Assembly (NCBI GenBank): GCA_028534125.1
Contig: CM052818.1
Span: forward strand, 6,202,001-6,266,000
Direction of reading: 5' to 3'
Source of the DNA: Lama glama
Taxonomy: Eukaryota
DNA: 64,000 nucleotides
Shown piece by piece: positions 12,440 to 23,862 of the stretch. The position numbers and the translations under genes were made by a program. The notes below the pieces were generated by a model, which had not been told where the DNA came from, made no database searches, and worked only from the letters and a program-made list of their open reading frames with translations. Within the stretch, counting starts at the first letter, position 1. Each line of letters opens with the position of its first letter.

Positions 12440-12820
12440 CTGGCTTTTCCCCTGTACCTGCACACACCCAGCACTTGCCCACTTCTGGCCTCTGCTGCCT
12501 TGGCCAGAAATGCCCTCCACTCCCTCTCCGCTCCACCATCACCCTCCAAGGGAGGCCTTTTTTGACCTTCCTGCTTAAAATAACATCCCCGTATACTCTC
12601 TATCCCTACACCCTGCTGAGGGGTCTTGTGTGGCTGTCAGCACCACCTGCCTTATTTTCTGTTTCTGCCTCTATTGTTTGCCCCCTACACTAGGTTGTTT
12701 GCTCCTTGAAGAGCAAAGACTTGGCATGTTTTATTTCCCCAATGAATCCCCAATGCCTAGGACAGAGCCTGGCCCAAAGTAGGCCCAAAGCATCAAGAGA
12801 TAGTTACTGCATAAAGGAAC
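12440..12820 (+). mobile_element. L2 LINE 3' end
   Basis: 'gctccttgaagagcaaagac...tccccaatgcctaggacagagcctggcccaaagtagg'. Confidence 0.8.
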
Positions 12821-13208
12821 ATGTGGGAAGGATTTTTTTTTTTCTGTATCTTTACAACACTTGGTGTCCTTGTAGATTCATGAACCCTTGGGATAACTCT
12901 ACAACATCACACAACCTTCCACCAGGCTTAGAACCACTGTCTAACATATTATTTATTATATTATAATTATATTATATTATGATGTTGGATGGAGAGACAT
13001 CAGACAAGAGAAAGACTACACTATAGGTATGGGAAAATGGTTTCAGCTGCCACAATATGTGTGGTCCATGGGCAGTGGCTGCCTAGAAATTGTTTTAAGA
13101 AAGATTCTGAGACCAGATCTGGGATCACTAGGAGAATATGCCATGACTGATTTGTAATTTTGTAATGTATACAGTGGATAAAAGAATGGGAACAGTGATG
13201 CACATGAG

Positions 13209-13298
13209 ATTATATATATATAAATATGTGTATTTTTATATATGTGTATATATAATACATACATATATAACATGTATGTGTATATGTATATATATATA
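13209..13298. repeat. Degenerate (TA)n/(TATG)n microsatellite
   Basis: Direct inspection. Confidence 0.85.
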
Positions 13299-14280
13299 AA
13301 ATTCCTGATCCTCAAATCATTCCACTGAGTAGGCCTGGTTTTCTAATACAAAATGATTGCCATTTAACCAAATTCCTGTAAAATGATTACTTATATCAAG
13401 GGTTGGCAAATTTTATATGTAATTCAGAATAGATTTGTTGGACCATAGTTAACCAACTTCTGACCTCCATGTATTTTCCTTCAAAGAACACCTTTTACCA
13501 CTCTACCCTCCCCATCACCCCCACAAAGCAATAAGATCTTTAGAAAACCCAAAAATTATTATTCAGCATTTTCTAGAGCTTCTGACTTCCACCTAGGGTC
13601 CATGGAGATTATTTACATGTCAACATCTTCTGGCACTTTAAGAGTTATCAAAAATGTCACCAGTCACCAAATGTTTCATTAATTATTGCAAACATCTTTA
13701 GAAAAATACCACAGTGGGTTTCTTTCACTGAGTGATGTGTTTCAGATATAATTTCAGTTTAATTAATAGGGGATTTTGCTGTGACCCAGAGGGTGTGAGA
13801 ACCAGCAGAGAGTCTGTGGTTTGGTTAGGAGAAAACTAGAAACCTGTCTGTGCCTGTAGAAGGAAATTTTTACAAAAAAGAAAGAAAGAAAGCTGGCATT
13901 TTTTCAGCTGTGAACATCCAGCCGATACCCTCTTTAAAGGCACCAGCGGAACATCTTGGAAAAGCAAACTAAAAGGAGGTTAAGGAGGAGCCAAGAGGTA
14001 CAAATTAAGGAGTGGGGGTGGGGGTGGGCGTGGGATTTGGCTTAGGTATTCCCTGAAAATAATTCTGTTTTTTAGTTGAATTGCAATCTGAATCTGTACC
14101 ACACATCCTTAAAAAATCCTAAATCAGCAAAAGCAACAAATCAACAGTACGATTTATTAGGCTCTCCCTGGCACCATACAGCAAAAGTCAAGAGACATGG
14201 TCCCTGCACTTGAAAAGCCGTCTTCCTTAAAGTGGCTTCATTTGAACTTCCTGGCATTCTCAAAACGTATAATCACTTAC

Positions 14281-14413
14281 CTAAGCAATGAAGCTTATTT
14301 TTTGAGGGGTACATTTGGAGGGGACAGGGTTGTTGTTTTCAATTAGCAATAAGCAAAATGCCTCGTCCACATTTCCCAAAACACCAGGTTACATTAGTTT
14401 CAGTTTTAATATC
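14281..14413 (-). other. Candidate 133-nt non-coding or cryptic exon
   Basis: Minus-strand acceptor 'tttttttctctctctttggcag|GAT' and consensus donor 'TAG|gtaagt'; stops in all three frames. Confidence 0.35.
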
Positions 14414-15489
14414 CTGCCAAAGAGAGAGAAAAAAAGGCCCCAAATATGAAACAAATACAGCTGTCTAATATTGCTGTTCAAATGCCACTGCATTAAGTAA
14501 AATTCCATGCTGTAAAATTTTGCAAGGTGATAAAACAAAAATGATATAATAAATATAAAACATCTGCTTTTTTTTTAATAAGACATTTGGAAACTGATTT
14601 CAGTTATATTTAAACTTGTTTTGAAGTGTTCCTCATTTTGAAAAACATCCTAGCTACAGTATATTAGATTTTTTTCCCCCAGGCAAAAGATTAAAGGGCT
14701 GATGCCCAAGTGAAGGAGGACAAGGGGAGGAGAATCCACCATTTTCCAGAATGAAGCCTGTGTTTGAATCTTCAGCCGGCTTTCGGTCATAAAAAGGGGA
14801 GATGAGTGCCTTCCATCAGCAGTGCTGGAAAATGGATTCTCACATGTGCACAAAAATGCCTTAAGACAACATTAAGGTTCTGGCAACAGCTCAGGCACAT
14901 ATACCCCAGGAAGCAGAAAGTTTCACAGAGTCTGCCTCCCTACATGTGCCTAGGCAGGGCAGTTCCTAAAACACTGGGAGAACACCAATGTGGGTGACCA
15001 CCCACCACTGTGGGTTCAGGCAGGCTTTGGTCTGGAGGGGTAGAGTTCAAACATGGGGAATTCTGCCTCCTACCATCAGGCTGGGAAACCCAAGGACTGA
15101 GCATCTGAGCACTGGACCTATAACAGCTCAAAAGGTCTCAGATTTCCTTTGGTTTTCCAAAGAAGCACAAATGACACTTGAGGAAGAGGGGACAAAATAT
15201 GCATCTGTTTGCTACAATTTTAAGCACCCTTGCTCTCCACTGCTAGAGAGAAGAATCCAGGGATAATGGACATGTGAATTCGGGAACGCCACCATCACTC
15301 TACCCAAACACCATTTTATCTACAACACCCATCTTTTGACCCAAAATCCAGCTATAGAGCTGCAAAATTAGGAGCGAGTTCTTTGTTCATTTCATGGCAT
15401 ATTGTAGCAGAATGGATAAATTGTGCTTGGAACAATCAAGGGGGGAAAGTCTGGCCTGAGGACTACTCATAAATGAGCTTTCAATATTA

Positions 15490-15712
15490 ATATTAGCTCA
15501 CTTTCGTTGAGCACCTCTTTGTGCCAGGAACTTTACAAACACTGCCACATTTCATCCTTACAACCACTGCTATTGCATGTGATCTTTCTTGTCACCTTCC
15601 AAACGAGGATGATGAGCTTCAGCAGAGCCGATTAAATCGCCCCGGGTCACAGAGCTGGCCACTGGCAGAGCAGGAAATTGAACCAAAGTCCAGACAAAAT
15701 CATTACAGGTCA
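15490..15712 (-). mobile_element. MIR SINE
   Basis: 'ttgagcacctctttgtgccagg...ggtcacagagctggccactggcagagcaggaaattgaacc'. Confidence 0.8.
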
Positions 15713-16260
15713 CTCCCCAGCATCTGGTAAATGGGGAGTGGACTATAGCCCACGTTTTACAGTAGGAAGTATACTGATTTCAGTCACTAAGAAGAGGACC
15801 TTTGAACCGATCAAAATTCTGTTTAGCAAAGTATATGAAGAGAAATGCAGTTAACATTTTCAGCTAAGACCATTTGGAACTAGGTTAACCACATATCATC
15901 GAACTAGAAGACCATGCCTTGATGCACAGTTAATGGTGGTCTGGGAACAACACGTCACTTACACATAAATGATCTTTCAACGCCCTTCGCAAATAATCTG
16001 CTCTCGCAAACTCCATCTTTCCTACAATCTTATTTATTAATTTGTTTGGGAAATTTTTTCTTCATAGCTAATTTAAAAACTATCTTCATCCCAATCTCTG
16101 TTCAATTCACACAAATGCTTAATGAACATGTTCCCTCAACACTATTCCACATACACAACTGTTGATCACAATTCTAACTTGCCCTCCTTACATAATATGT
16201 TTTCCCCAATCACATAAATAATTCCAAGTTCTGGGGTTTTGTTGTTTTAGGGTTTTTTTA

Positions 16261-16779
16261 TGTGACTGTGATTATCTCCAGAGCATCTATTCTCCGCTCC
16301 CAATGAGGCGTGAGTGGACTGCCCAGACCCCAACTCCAGGACTCTGTTTCAGGCTGTCATGCTAATCTCACCTCTCCTGGCATTGTCAACCCAGGCCTAA
16401 ACCAGACAGCTCAGGGCTCAGAGATGATCCAGCCAGGGTGACGTTCAGAGTTCTTGTTTGATACTCGTGGGAGAGGACTTTCCCTCTTCCCGGGAGACAA
16501 ATTAGGAAGCAGGTAGCTCCAGTCATGGCTGTCTGCTCTCTTGCAGTCAACAAAGGAACCAGCCTGAGAATGAACTAAGAGTGAAATCCAACCCACACAC
16601 AAAGGGGAGAGCTGAGGAACCCCAGTAGGAGAGCCAGAGCCCTGGGTGAGCTACATCCTGAAGTTCGACCTCACGCTAGACTTCTAAGTTACATGCAGCA
16701 ATTTATCCCCTTCATCGTTCAGGCCAATTTGAGCTGAGTTTTATTTTGCTGGTGAGTAAAAACTTTTTAACTGGTACAC
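16261..16779 (+). mobile_element. MLT1 (ERVL-MaLR) solo LTR, MLT1K-like
   Basis: TG...CA ends; 3' 'agttacatgcagcaatttatcccc...aggccaatttgagctgagttt...taactggtaca'. Confidence 0.7.
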
Positions 16780-17089
16780 TGAGTTTTCTACAGCACTCTG
16801 AGAATGTACTAGGCAACCTTGTATCACATAGCATCCACTCAACACAATGAAGTTGCATCTTAATTAAGTCAAGAGAGTTTAGAATCTAGTATTGTGATGT
16901 AAGAACATCATACACAGTAAAATTCACCATGGAAAATTCCCTAAAGATGCAATACAGTAATTCTTACATACATTAAAGTTGGAAATTCAACTACAGGAAG
17001 AAGCTCTTAAACGTATTCTGTTTGACATATTTGTACCCATGCATTAATGTACTGTAGATTCAATCTTCTCACCTTGAAACCCACTCTAT

Positions 17090-17680
17090 AAGGAGGCATT
17101 CAAGGTCCTTCCCAGTCAGACCCCACCTACCCTAATTGCCTCACCCCATTTCATACCTTCATGCTTTGGCACATGTTGTTTCCATTAGAGTGCCTTTTAC
17201 ATTTTCCCTCACCAAGCAAACTTCTACTTATACTTCAAGGCCCAACTCAAATACTACCACCTGCCTTCAGTCTCCTGACTCTTCCTGGGAAACTTAATCA
17301 CGCTTTGCTCTGGACTCTCATAGCACTTTGTTCAACTCTCTTTTAAAGCACTCACCTTGTGGTTTGAGACTGAGCTGTTTACACATCTCTATCATAGATC
17401 ATGAATAGTTCTAGGGTAGAAGCACATCTTATAAGGTAGATAAGAAGTAAGAGATAAGAGATAAGAAGCAGTATCTCTTGTTCAGCACAGAGGGCTGGCT
17501 CAGAGCATACAGTCATTGCATTTGCCAAATAGATGTTCTTAATTCAGTTGACATATCCTAAATCCATCCATTTCTCTCCACCTCCACTACCCACAGTCTG
17601 ACTCTATCTTAGCTGGGTGACAGCAGGAGCCTCCTACATGAGTTGACTGCTTCCATTCTTATCCTTTTCAATCTCTTCAG
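17090..17680 (+). mobile_element. L2 LINE fragments
   Basis: 'tacttatacttcaaggcccaactcaaat', 'aaatccatccatttctctccacctccactacc'. Confidence 0.7.
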
Positions 17681-17824
17681 AGCAGGGATGCCTTCAGAAG
17701 AACTAGAAAAAGGCGCCCTCTGAGAGAATACATTAGGAAAAAAATGCCCCTTCTATGCTGATACAACTTACTAGGGAACTATTGAAAAAGAGGCCATCTC
17801 TTTTCAACAGAGTTACTAAATTGA

Positions 17825-18075
17825 TTGAATGAAAGTCTGGAGCTGCTGGTGGTCTCTGCCACCACATTAGGGGGTGCATTCTTGAGACTGAAGTCAACTA
17901 GGAGGAAGAAAGATGGAAAAGGACAGACTCTTGTGTTGTGGAGCACCTAGGTCCAGCCATTCCTGAAAGAGTTATCCCTGGACTTTCCAGTTACCTGAGC
18001 CAATTAAGTCACCTTTGTGGTCAAACTACTTTGAGATACATTATAGACATCTACCACTTACACAGTTCAGAATAT
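17825..18075 (+). mobile_element. MLT1J/K-like LTR, 3' portion
   Basis: 'gagcacctaggtccagccattcctgaa...cctggactttccagttacctgagccaat'. Confidence 0.7.
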
Positions 18076-18784
18076 GTACATTGCTACATGCTAAAGCATG
18101 ACAGTAAAATGTAACTCAGGGAGTGTTTCTGCAAAGCCTAAAGTACACAGGACTAGAGACCAGACTTATCGGTACCAGTACAGGCCTAGTATCTCCAAGG
18201 TCTCTAATTCAAACCCATTTGCAGAATCTGTTTAAATTAGGCTCTACTATGTTAATTCTGCGCTTTGAGTTCAGTGAGTGAGCTCCAAATTGGAATACAC
18301 TGATTCACCTTATATTTTCAAAATACTTTTGTCATACATATCAGAACAAAGAGGAGACGCTCATGAGAGGTCATCCTAGGTATCTCTCTATCTCCACATA
18401 GTTCTGCCCTTAAGTCACCCCCAAAACAGAGCTGCTTAACACTTTTTTCAGAAAGGAAACTGCTTGACCTTCTGAAAAGAGTCTGAGTGTTCAGATGGTT
18501 TCATATCATTTTTTTTTTAATGCTCAAAGATACCAATGCAATCCTATGAAATATTGAACAGAAAGCCTCGAGGGCAAGTCAAAAAGCACCCAACATCATC
18601 AGATAGCTTGCCCTATTCTAACCAAGGTTATAACTGTTGCTAAAAAAGTGAGAAATTGTACCAACTATTTATTTATTTATTTACTCACTTACTTACTTAC
18701 TTACTTACTGTTACAGGCGCACCCATTGCCCCCTCCCCACTTACCATCCTCATCACACACAAGGTTGAGTGATTTGATTTAAGA

Positions 18785-18990
18785 AGCCTGTGGCATGGTG
18801 GATGGGATTTGAGTTCCTTTGGTTCCGACACTTACTTTCCAGGTGACCCAGGCCAGCCAATTACCTTCTCTGGGACACAGTTTCCCCTTCTGAACAGATG
18901 GAAACAGTAACAACACAGAGGCTCCTGTGAGGAGTCTCCCAATTCAGAGAGCACCTAGCACAGTATCAGAAACGCAGCAGCTGCACCAGA
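18785..18990 (+). mobile_element. MIR SINE
   Basis: 'ggtgacccaggccagccaattaccttctctgggacacagtttcccc...gcacctagcacagt'. Confidence 0.65.
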
Positions 18991-19552
18991 CACATGTGTT
19001 TGCCTGCTTTTTACTGAATTAACTGTCTTTCTCAAAACCAGCCAGCTATTTTGGTATTAAATAGGGTAATTCCACTACTTCTTCCTCAAAGTGTTCCCCG
19101 GCTGGTAAATTCCAGCAACCTTGAGCGACTGCTCAGGCTAAAAGTTAAGCAGTATCTCAAATCTTTGTTTCTCTTGCATCCCACATCCTACCTACCAGCA
19201 AGACTGGCTGGTTATATCCCAATAAATATCTCAAATCTAACCAACTCTCCCCTCCTCCTACTTTCCCATCCATTCCATCCCCATCTCTCCGCTGGATATC
19301 ACAGCAGCCTCCAACCTCCTGCCCAGGTCTCCTGCCTCCTCTCGTCTCTCTACAGCCTCCATGAGGCACACAGGGTGACATTTTCTGAAGTGCAATCAGA
19401 CCACATCACTCTCCCACTAAAATCCTCCCATATCTGCCAATAATATTAATAACAACAATAATATCTACAATTTATCGAGCACTTATTATACAAAAAAGGG
19501 CACAGGTCTAAGCACTTTGGACATATTATATCATTTATCCTAAAACAACTGT

Positions 19553-20045
19553 CCAGCATCTGTTGACAGATGAACAGATAAAGCAAATGTGGTATGTTAA
19601 GCCAGACACAGAAAGACAAATACTGTATGACGGCACTTCTATGTGGAATCTAAAAAAGATGAATTCGTAGAACCAGAATGCAGAATTGCCAAGGGCTGGG
19701 AGGTGGGGGGAAATGGGAAGAGCTTGGTCAAAGGGTACAAACTTCCAGTTAGAAGATGAGTAAGCTCTGGGGACCTAGTGTACACATGGTGATTATAGTA
19801 ACAATGCTGTACTGTAGCCTTGAAATCAGCTAAAAGAGTAGATCTTAAGTGTTCTCACCACACACGCAAAAAAATGGCAACTACATGAGGTGATGGATGT
19901 GTTAATTAGTTTGACTATGGTAATCATTTCACAATGTGTATATTAAATCATCATGTTGTATACCTTAAAAAAATCATGTTGTACAATCTAGACATATACA
20001 ATTTTTATTTGTCAATCATATCTCAATAAAGCTGGGAGAAAAATT
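19553..20045 (+). mobile_element. L1MA9-like LINE-1 3' end
   Basis: 'ttggtcaaagggtacaaacttccagtt...gctaaaagagtagatcttaagtgttctcacc...ctcaataaagctgg'; short TSD aactgt on both sides. Confidence 0.85.
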
Positions 20046-20077
20046 AAACTGTACAAGGTTGGACTGTTACATCCCCC

Positions 20078-20182
20078 TTTTCTTTATTTCCTATTTATTT
20101 TTTACCAGAGGTACAGGGAATTGAACCCGGACCTTGTGCGTGCTAAGCATGCGCTCTAACACTGAGCTATATTTCTCCCCCC
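20078..20182 (-). mobile_element. tRNA-Ala-derived SINE (camelid vic-1-like)
   Basis: Reverse complement reads gggggagaaatatagctcagtgttagagcgcatgcttagcacgcacaaggtccgggttcaattccctgtacctc plus A-rich tail; degenerate TSD acatcccccttt / acgtccccgctt. Confidence 0.85.
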
Positions 20183-21588
20183 ACGTCCCCGCTTCCTTAC
20201 AGATAAAGGTCATACAGTTAGTGGCACAGGAGCCAGGACACGGCACACACCCTTACCCTCCCTCAGAGGCTCTGTAAGACTAAGCCCTGCTCTGTCCACT
20301 TCCTCACTTCACCCCCTATCACTCCCACTCCCTCTTTATTCCCTAAGCTCCAGCCACTCTGGCCTTTTTTACCCCCAAACATACCACCACTCATTTCTTT
20401 CTCAGGTTCAAAGACTCTTCATGCAGGCTCTGCTCGAAGGTCACCTTCCTGGAGAAGCCACCCTTGACCACACTGACGGGTGAAGCAGAAATGAGCACTG
20501 GTCTGTCACTGCCACTATACTCCCCAGCATCTCATGAGTCCAGAAGGGTGTCCCTTGAGGACCTCTTACTGTTTTTGCTGGAGGTTTAAAAACACAGGGC
20601 GGATAATGACTTCGAGGGCCATGGCTTATCACTTACACCAGGTGGTTCATAAGAAGTCCCCTTAAGTCTAAATTTGATTCTAAACAGAAAAATGCCTATG
20701 AAGAGAGTGGAAAGTCTATGGCCCGTTTTTGGAAATTGCTTCTCAGAACCCTGAAAGTTAAAGCCCCCTCAGTGAATGAACTACTCCCTGAAAAACTCTG
20801 AAGGCTGAAAACTGGTGGTACTGAAAACACTATCTCTCACAAAAAAGGGCTTATTTTAACTTTTTAAAAAATATTTGTGTTTCTTCAAATAGTCCTACAG
20901 TTCTTTTTTTTTTTTTTTTAAGGCAATTCAATTTTGGGGAAACATTATGACAATATGTGTCTTCGTGCCAAAGAAAGCTTTTCATTGGCCTCTCTCGTGT
21001 TTCTGGCTTTCTTTTTCCAGCTGTTACACCAGATATAATCAGCCTAAGCTGCAATTTGTCATCTATATCAAATTGGGTTTATAATTCCAACACCGCAGTG
21101 TATATGAAAACATTTACGGATTAAAACTCAGGGAAAAATGAAGATTTCACAAATTAGAGACAAAGTTAATAGTCCTCAAAAGCCTGGATTACAAGCAGAC
21201 CTGAAAAAACACTCAAGTTTAACCCAGATGTGCAGTACTGTTCCACTGCAATGGGGTGGAGCAGAGACCATCCCCACTGGCAAGCCAGCCTGGGGATTTC
21301 TTCAAGTAACTGGATGGTCTAAAGGAGGGTGGTGAATAAAAATGAGTTCCTAGATCACCTGACCTGTCAATTCAGACAGAAGAAGCATCACTTTTAGGCA
21401 CTGGATTAAAGTTGACTGAATGGTTACTATACACTTCCAACCTATAATCACTGCCCTTGGTGGCAACATATTTTCAAAATAGTTACCATTTATTGAGCAA
21501 TTACTATATGCCAGGTAGTGTGTTGGGGAATTTGAACCACTTTATTTTGTTGAATAAATGTTTGCTGCACAAGTGGAGGTTCTTTTAA

Positions 21589-21667
21589 TTAGGGTGAATA
21601 ATACAAAATTGACACCCTTGTAGATGAAAATGGTCCAAGAGCAGCAATTTCATGTAGTTCATTCTAA
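21589..21667. mobile_element. MADE2-like mariner MITE (~80 bp)
   Basis: Imperfect palindrome: ttagggtgaataatacaaaattg ... gcaatttcatgtagttcattctaa, followed by TA. Confidence 0.7.
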
Positions 21668-22910
21668 TACTTGTTCTGCATCTCCCACCTGACCCAGCAC
21701 AATGCTTATCACACACAATCGAGCTCAGTAAGCTCTCATTCCATTTACTCTTAGTTTTACACAGAAACAACCTCCAGGATGGGGGAAATAGCAGTATTTC
21801 AAGCAAGATCCAATCTAGCTGCCTCCTCTATGTTACTCTCAGCCACACAGGTTTCATCTGAAATGTCTCAGGCCTCCCACCTGCCTCCACCCCTAAAGCT
21901 CACTCAATAAAACAGTGAACCCTGCCCGTGTGCCCAGCCAGCGGAATCGCAGGGAGCTATTGGACACTGTGGGGAGCTACTCTGCTACAGCTCTCCCCTC
22001 CTATCTCCAGGCATCCTGCTTTGCCTCTCCTGAAAATCACCATGAAAGGCACTGGATGGTTAAAAAGCTGCAGAGGAGCTCCCAGGAGGACTGAACTCAG
22101 TGTAGAGATTAACCTTGAAAGTTGAATTCTAGAATCAACGTGTGTCTCAATTAGGAATACTTATCATTCTTTACGAGGTAAATGTGATCATGAGAAATGA
22201 GTGGCAAGAAAAAGATTCCACTCCTGAAGTGGGGCTGGAAAGGAGTGGGAGACGCTCAATCCAAACCCTAGAAATTTAAACTAAATGTGAAAAGAATAGC
22301 AGATGAAGCCAATCAGACAAGGGGGTATGGAAGTTGTTCCATCTGAAAAAAACACTGCCTGAAGGACTGTCTTTGCCAAGCCCCTTCTCCCTCGACCAAG
22401 AAACAAAACTAAACAAAACATGCCAGAATCGAGAGGTTCCATTCTCACCAGAAGTTAAACTGAAACCAAAGACCAATGGTTGAACAGCAGAGCACATTCC
22501 CATGGCTCCCACCATCCTCCTGAACAGTTACAGCTCAGAATCCTAGAAGATGAAGATGACAGTCGAGATTTGGTGCGTTCCGAACGAGGGATAATTTGCC
22601 ATTTGGGACGGGGGGATGTTGAGAATGTCCCAGGCCAATCTCTCTAGCCCAGTTTGTTTTGAAACTAAGACAGGGAAACATCTGCCTGCCAGCTGTAAAC
22701 ATGAACCAGCTGATTCATCGGCAGCCATCAGACACCCGACCTCCCCAGCTTGGTGTGCAGGACCACTGGAGCAGGGAGGAGAGGAGAGGGCTGCGAGGGG
22801 AGCACTTCTCAGAACCGGGAGCCAAGGAGAAAGTTCACATAAGGACTCACTGTGGCCCACATATGTTTTGTTTCCACCGCTTTTCTCCTCTGCCCTGTCC
22901 TACCTCTTAC

Positions 22911-23012
22911 CTTCACAGGTTCACCAGTGAAACTGGTTATCTTCCAGGAGACCAAATAAGAGATGTGTGTTCAGCCCCAGCGGCAGCAATAGGCATGACC
23001 AAATGATGTTAC
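22911..23012 (-). other. Candidate 102-nt non-coding exon or recursive-splice-type exon
   Basis: Minus-strand acceptor 'gtttttttttcttctttcacaaaattcag|GTAACA' with >50 nt AG-free zone; donor 'AAG|gtaaga'; stops in all three frames. Confidence 0.35.
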
Positions 23013-23627
23013 CTGAATTTTGTGAAAGAAGAAAAAAAAACAGCAGTTGTGGCATAAATCAAACGTGGAAATGCGATGTAGACTGAAAGCTGCTTCGTGT
23101 GCACTCAGTGGTACCCAGAGCGCCCATTGTTCTGTAAGGAGAGGGGCCACTCCCAGCCCAGATGGGATTCGAGATGGTACAGATTAGGATATATGCTCCA
23201 CCAGCCCAGATACAGAGCTGATCCCGGGGGGCAGGGGCCAGGCTGGGAAAGGCTACGTCCTCTTTGGCAAAGCCTTCTGCCTTGCAAGCTAGGGAGTGGC
23301 CCAGCGGGAACCAGGATGCAGCCTTCCTGCACGGGGGCTCACACTGCAGCAGCTCTGGGGCGAAAGCCCACTCCCACCTCCCGATTTAAAGCCTCTGAAA
23401 TGCCTGAGCCATCGCCTCTGAGCTGTAAGTCAGTCAGGTGAGGGCTGCACTGGAAGAAATCTTAGAAAAGACCCTTGGGCCTTGCTCTTTTCTGCCAGCT
23501 CACTTCATCCTGTACTGTATCCCATCCCTCAAAAGGACAAGAAATAAAAGGACTTCATTTTAGTCTTCTCCGTGTTCAAGCAAGAAATCCACGGCCCAGT
23601 CTAACAAGCATGAAAGAGACTGAGACT

Positions 23628-23862
23628 GCCATTAAGAGCATAGACTTCTGAGATCGATAACCTGGCTTGGAATGCCAGTCTACCCCATATGTTAGCATGC
23701 TGCTTCTCTGTGCCTAATTTCCTACATAAGATAGGGAAGATAACTGCATCGAGCTGCTGGGGTTGTTGTAAGGATTAAACGAGTTACTCTGTCTAATGGA
23801 CTCAGAAAAGTCCCTGGTACATAGTGAGCAAGAATAAATGTTAGCTGCAATGATCGTCATCA
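23628..23862 (+). mobile_element. MIR SINE, near full length
   Basis: 'ttaagagcatagacttctgag...ggttgttgtaaggattaaacgag...cctggtacatagtgagcaagaataaatgttagct'. Confidence 0.85.

Larger units (their letters stand above)
19130..20480 (+). mobile_element. L2 LINE interrupted by a minus-strand MIR, which is itself interrupted by an L1 and a SINE
   Basis: L2 'agaccacatcactctcccactaaaatcctcc' (to ~19435) resumes at ~20250 'ctccagccactctggcc'; MIR pieces at 19440-19552, 20046-20076 and 20183-20245. Confidence 0.7.

Noticed and set aside
19051..19443. 130-aa Leu/Ser/Pro-rich ORF
   Set aside because: Pyrimidine-rich L2 remnant
21450..21468. CTCF motif (similar partial matches at ~505-525 and ~56438-56455)
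   Set aside because: Each lacks key consensus positions or correct spacing
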